DNA of 64,000 bases. Origin: Opitutaceae bacterium (GTDB lineage Bacteria; Verrucomicrobiota; Verrucomicrobiia; Opitutales; Coraliomargaritaceae). Where the stretch lies: NCBI GenBank assembly GCA_051252375.1, contig JBPOFY010000002.1, positions 512,001 through 576,000 on the forward strand. Direction: 5' to 3'. Below the pieces are notes generated by a model that had not been told where the DNA came from, ran no database searches, and was given only the letters and a program-made list of their open reading frames with translations. The position numbers and the translations under genes were made by a program. Of this stretch, positions 63,640 to 64,000 are shown one piece after another; the stretch's first letter is position 1, and each line of letters begins with the position of its first letter.

Positions 63640-64000
63640 AATATCCTAGCTTGCACAGACGGTTCACTTTACTCGACCAGCATTTACGAACACGCCGCTT
63701 GGGCAGCCAAGCAGTTGGACGCCTCCGTTCACGTGCTCCACATGCTCAACCCACACCATGAAGATCCTGTCAAGGCGGACTACAGCGGCAAAATGGGCTT
63801 CGGTGCCCGCACCGCGCTCCTTAACGAGCTAGTCGAACTCGAAGCCGCCAAGGCCAAGGTCGCCCAAAAGCGTGGACAAGCGATCTTAGAAGATGCTGAA
63901 GCCAAACTAAAAGAAGCTGGCGTCGACAATATCGAAGCGGACCAAAAGCACGGCAAATTGAGTGACGAAATCACACAATACGAACGCGACGCCGATCTAG
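63637..64000 (+). CDS. Universal stress protein (5' part; runs off the window end)
   Basis: Manual translation MNILACTDGSLYSTSIYEHAAWAAKQLDASVHVLHML...; USPs commonly follow SulP genes. Confidence 0.88.
   Translation, partial: MNILACTDGSLYSTSIYEHAAWAAKQLDASVHVLHMLNPHHEDPVKADYSGKMGFGARTALLNELVELEAAKAKVAQKRGQAILEDAEAKLKEAGVDNIEADQKHGKLSDEITQYERDADL

Overview
Chromosomal window (roughly 50-53% GC by eye) from a Verrucomicrobiota bacterium; the gene set and protein style suggest Opitutia/Puniceicoccales, Coraliomargarita/Lentimonas-like (inference). It is mostly core genes: a CusCBA-type metal efflux operon, pdxA, lpxA, rarA, comEC, a Rho paralogue, mutM, cimA, apaG, recN, an ABC-F ATPase, pyrH-frr-proB, fabI/fabZ-like, ruvX, manC, a PpiD-like chaperone, SulP-USP, tRNA-Gln and tRNA-Arg. 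An envelope block encodes two TPR proteins, ExbB, two ExbD, two PilT-like ATPases and a MoxR-DUF58-Bat operon; it resembles the Akkermansia MUL1 glycan-uptake locus. A TonB-like SxxxH/Pro-rich protein about 14 kb downstream is a candidate energiser for it. Intergenic DNA is dense with several REP/REPIN families and other short repeats. The clearest unexpected element is a solitary integron gene cassette (attC at 55782-55843) with an attI-like site, no integrase, and inverted 15-bp tandem repeats on both sides. A second accessory gene (pilin-like, 18876-19718) is also enclosed by about 49-bp inverted repeats. No CRISPR array, rRNA, transposase or phage region was seen. All family assignments come from motif recognition by eye, not from database searches.
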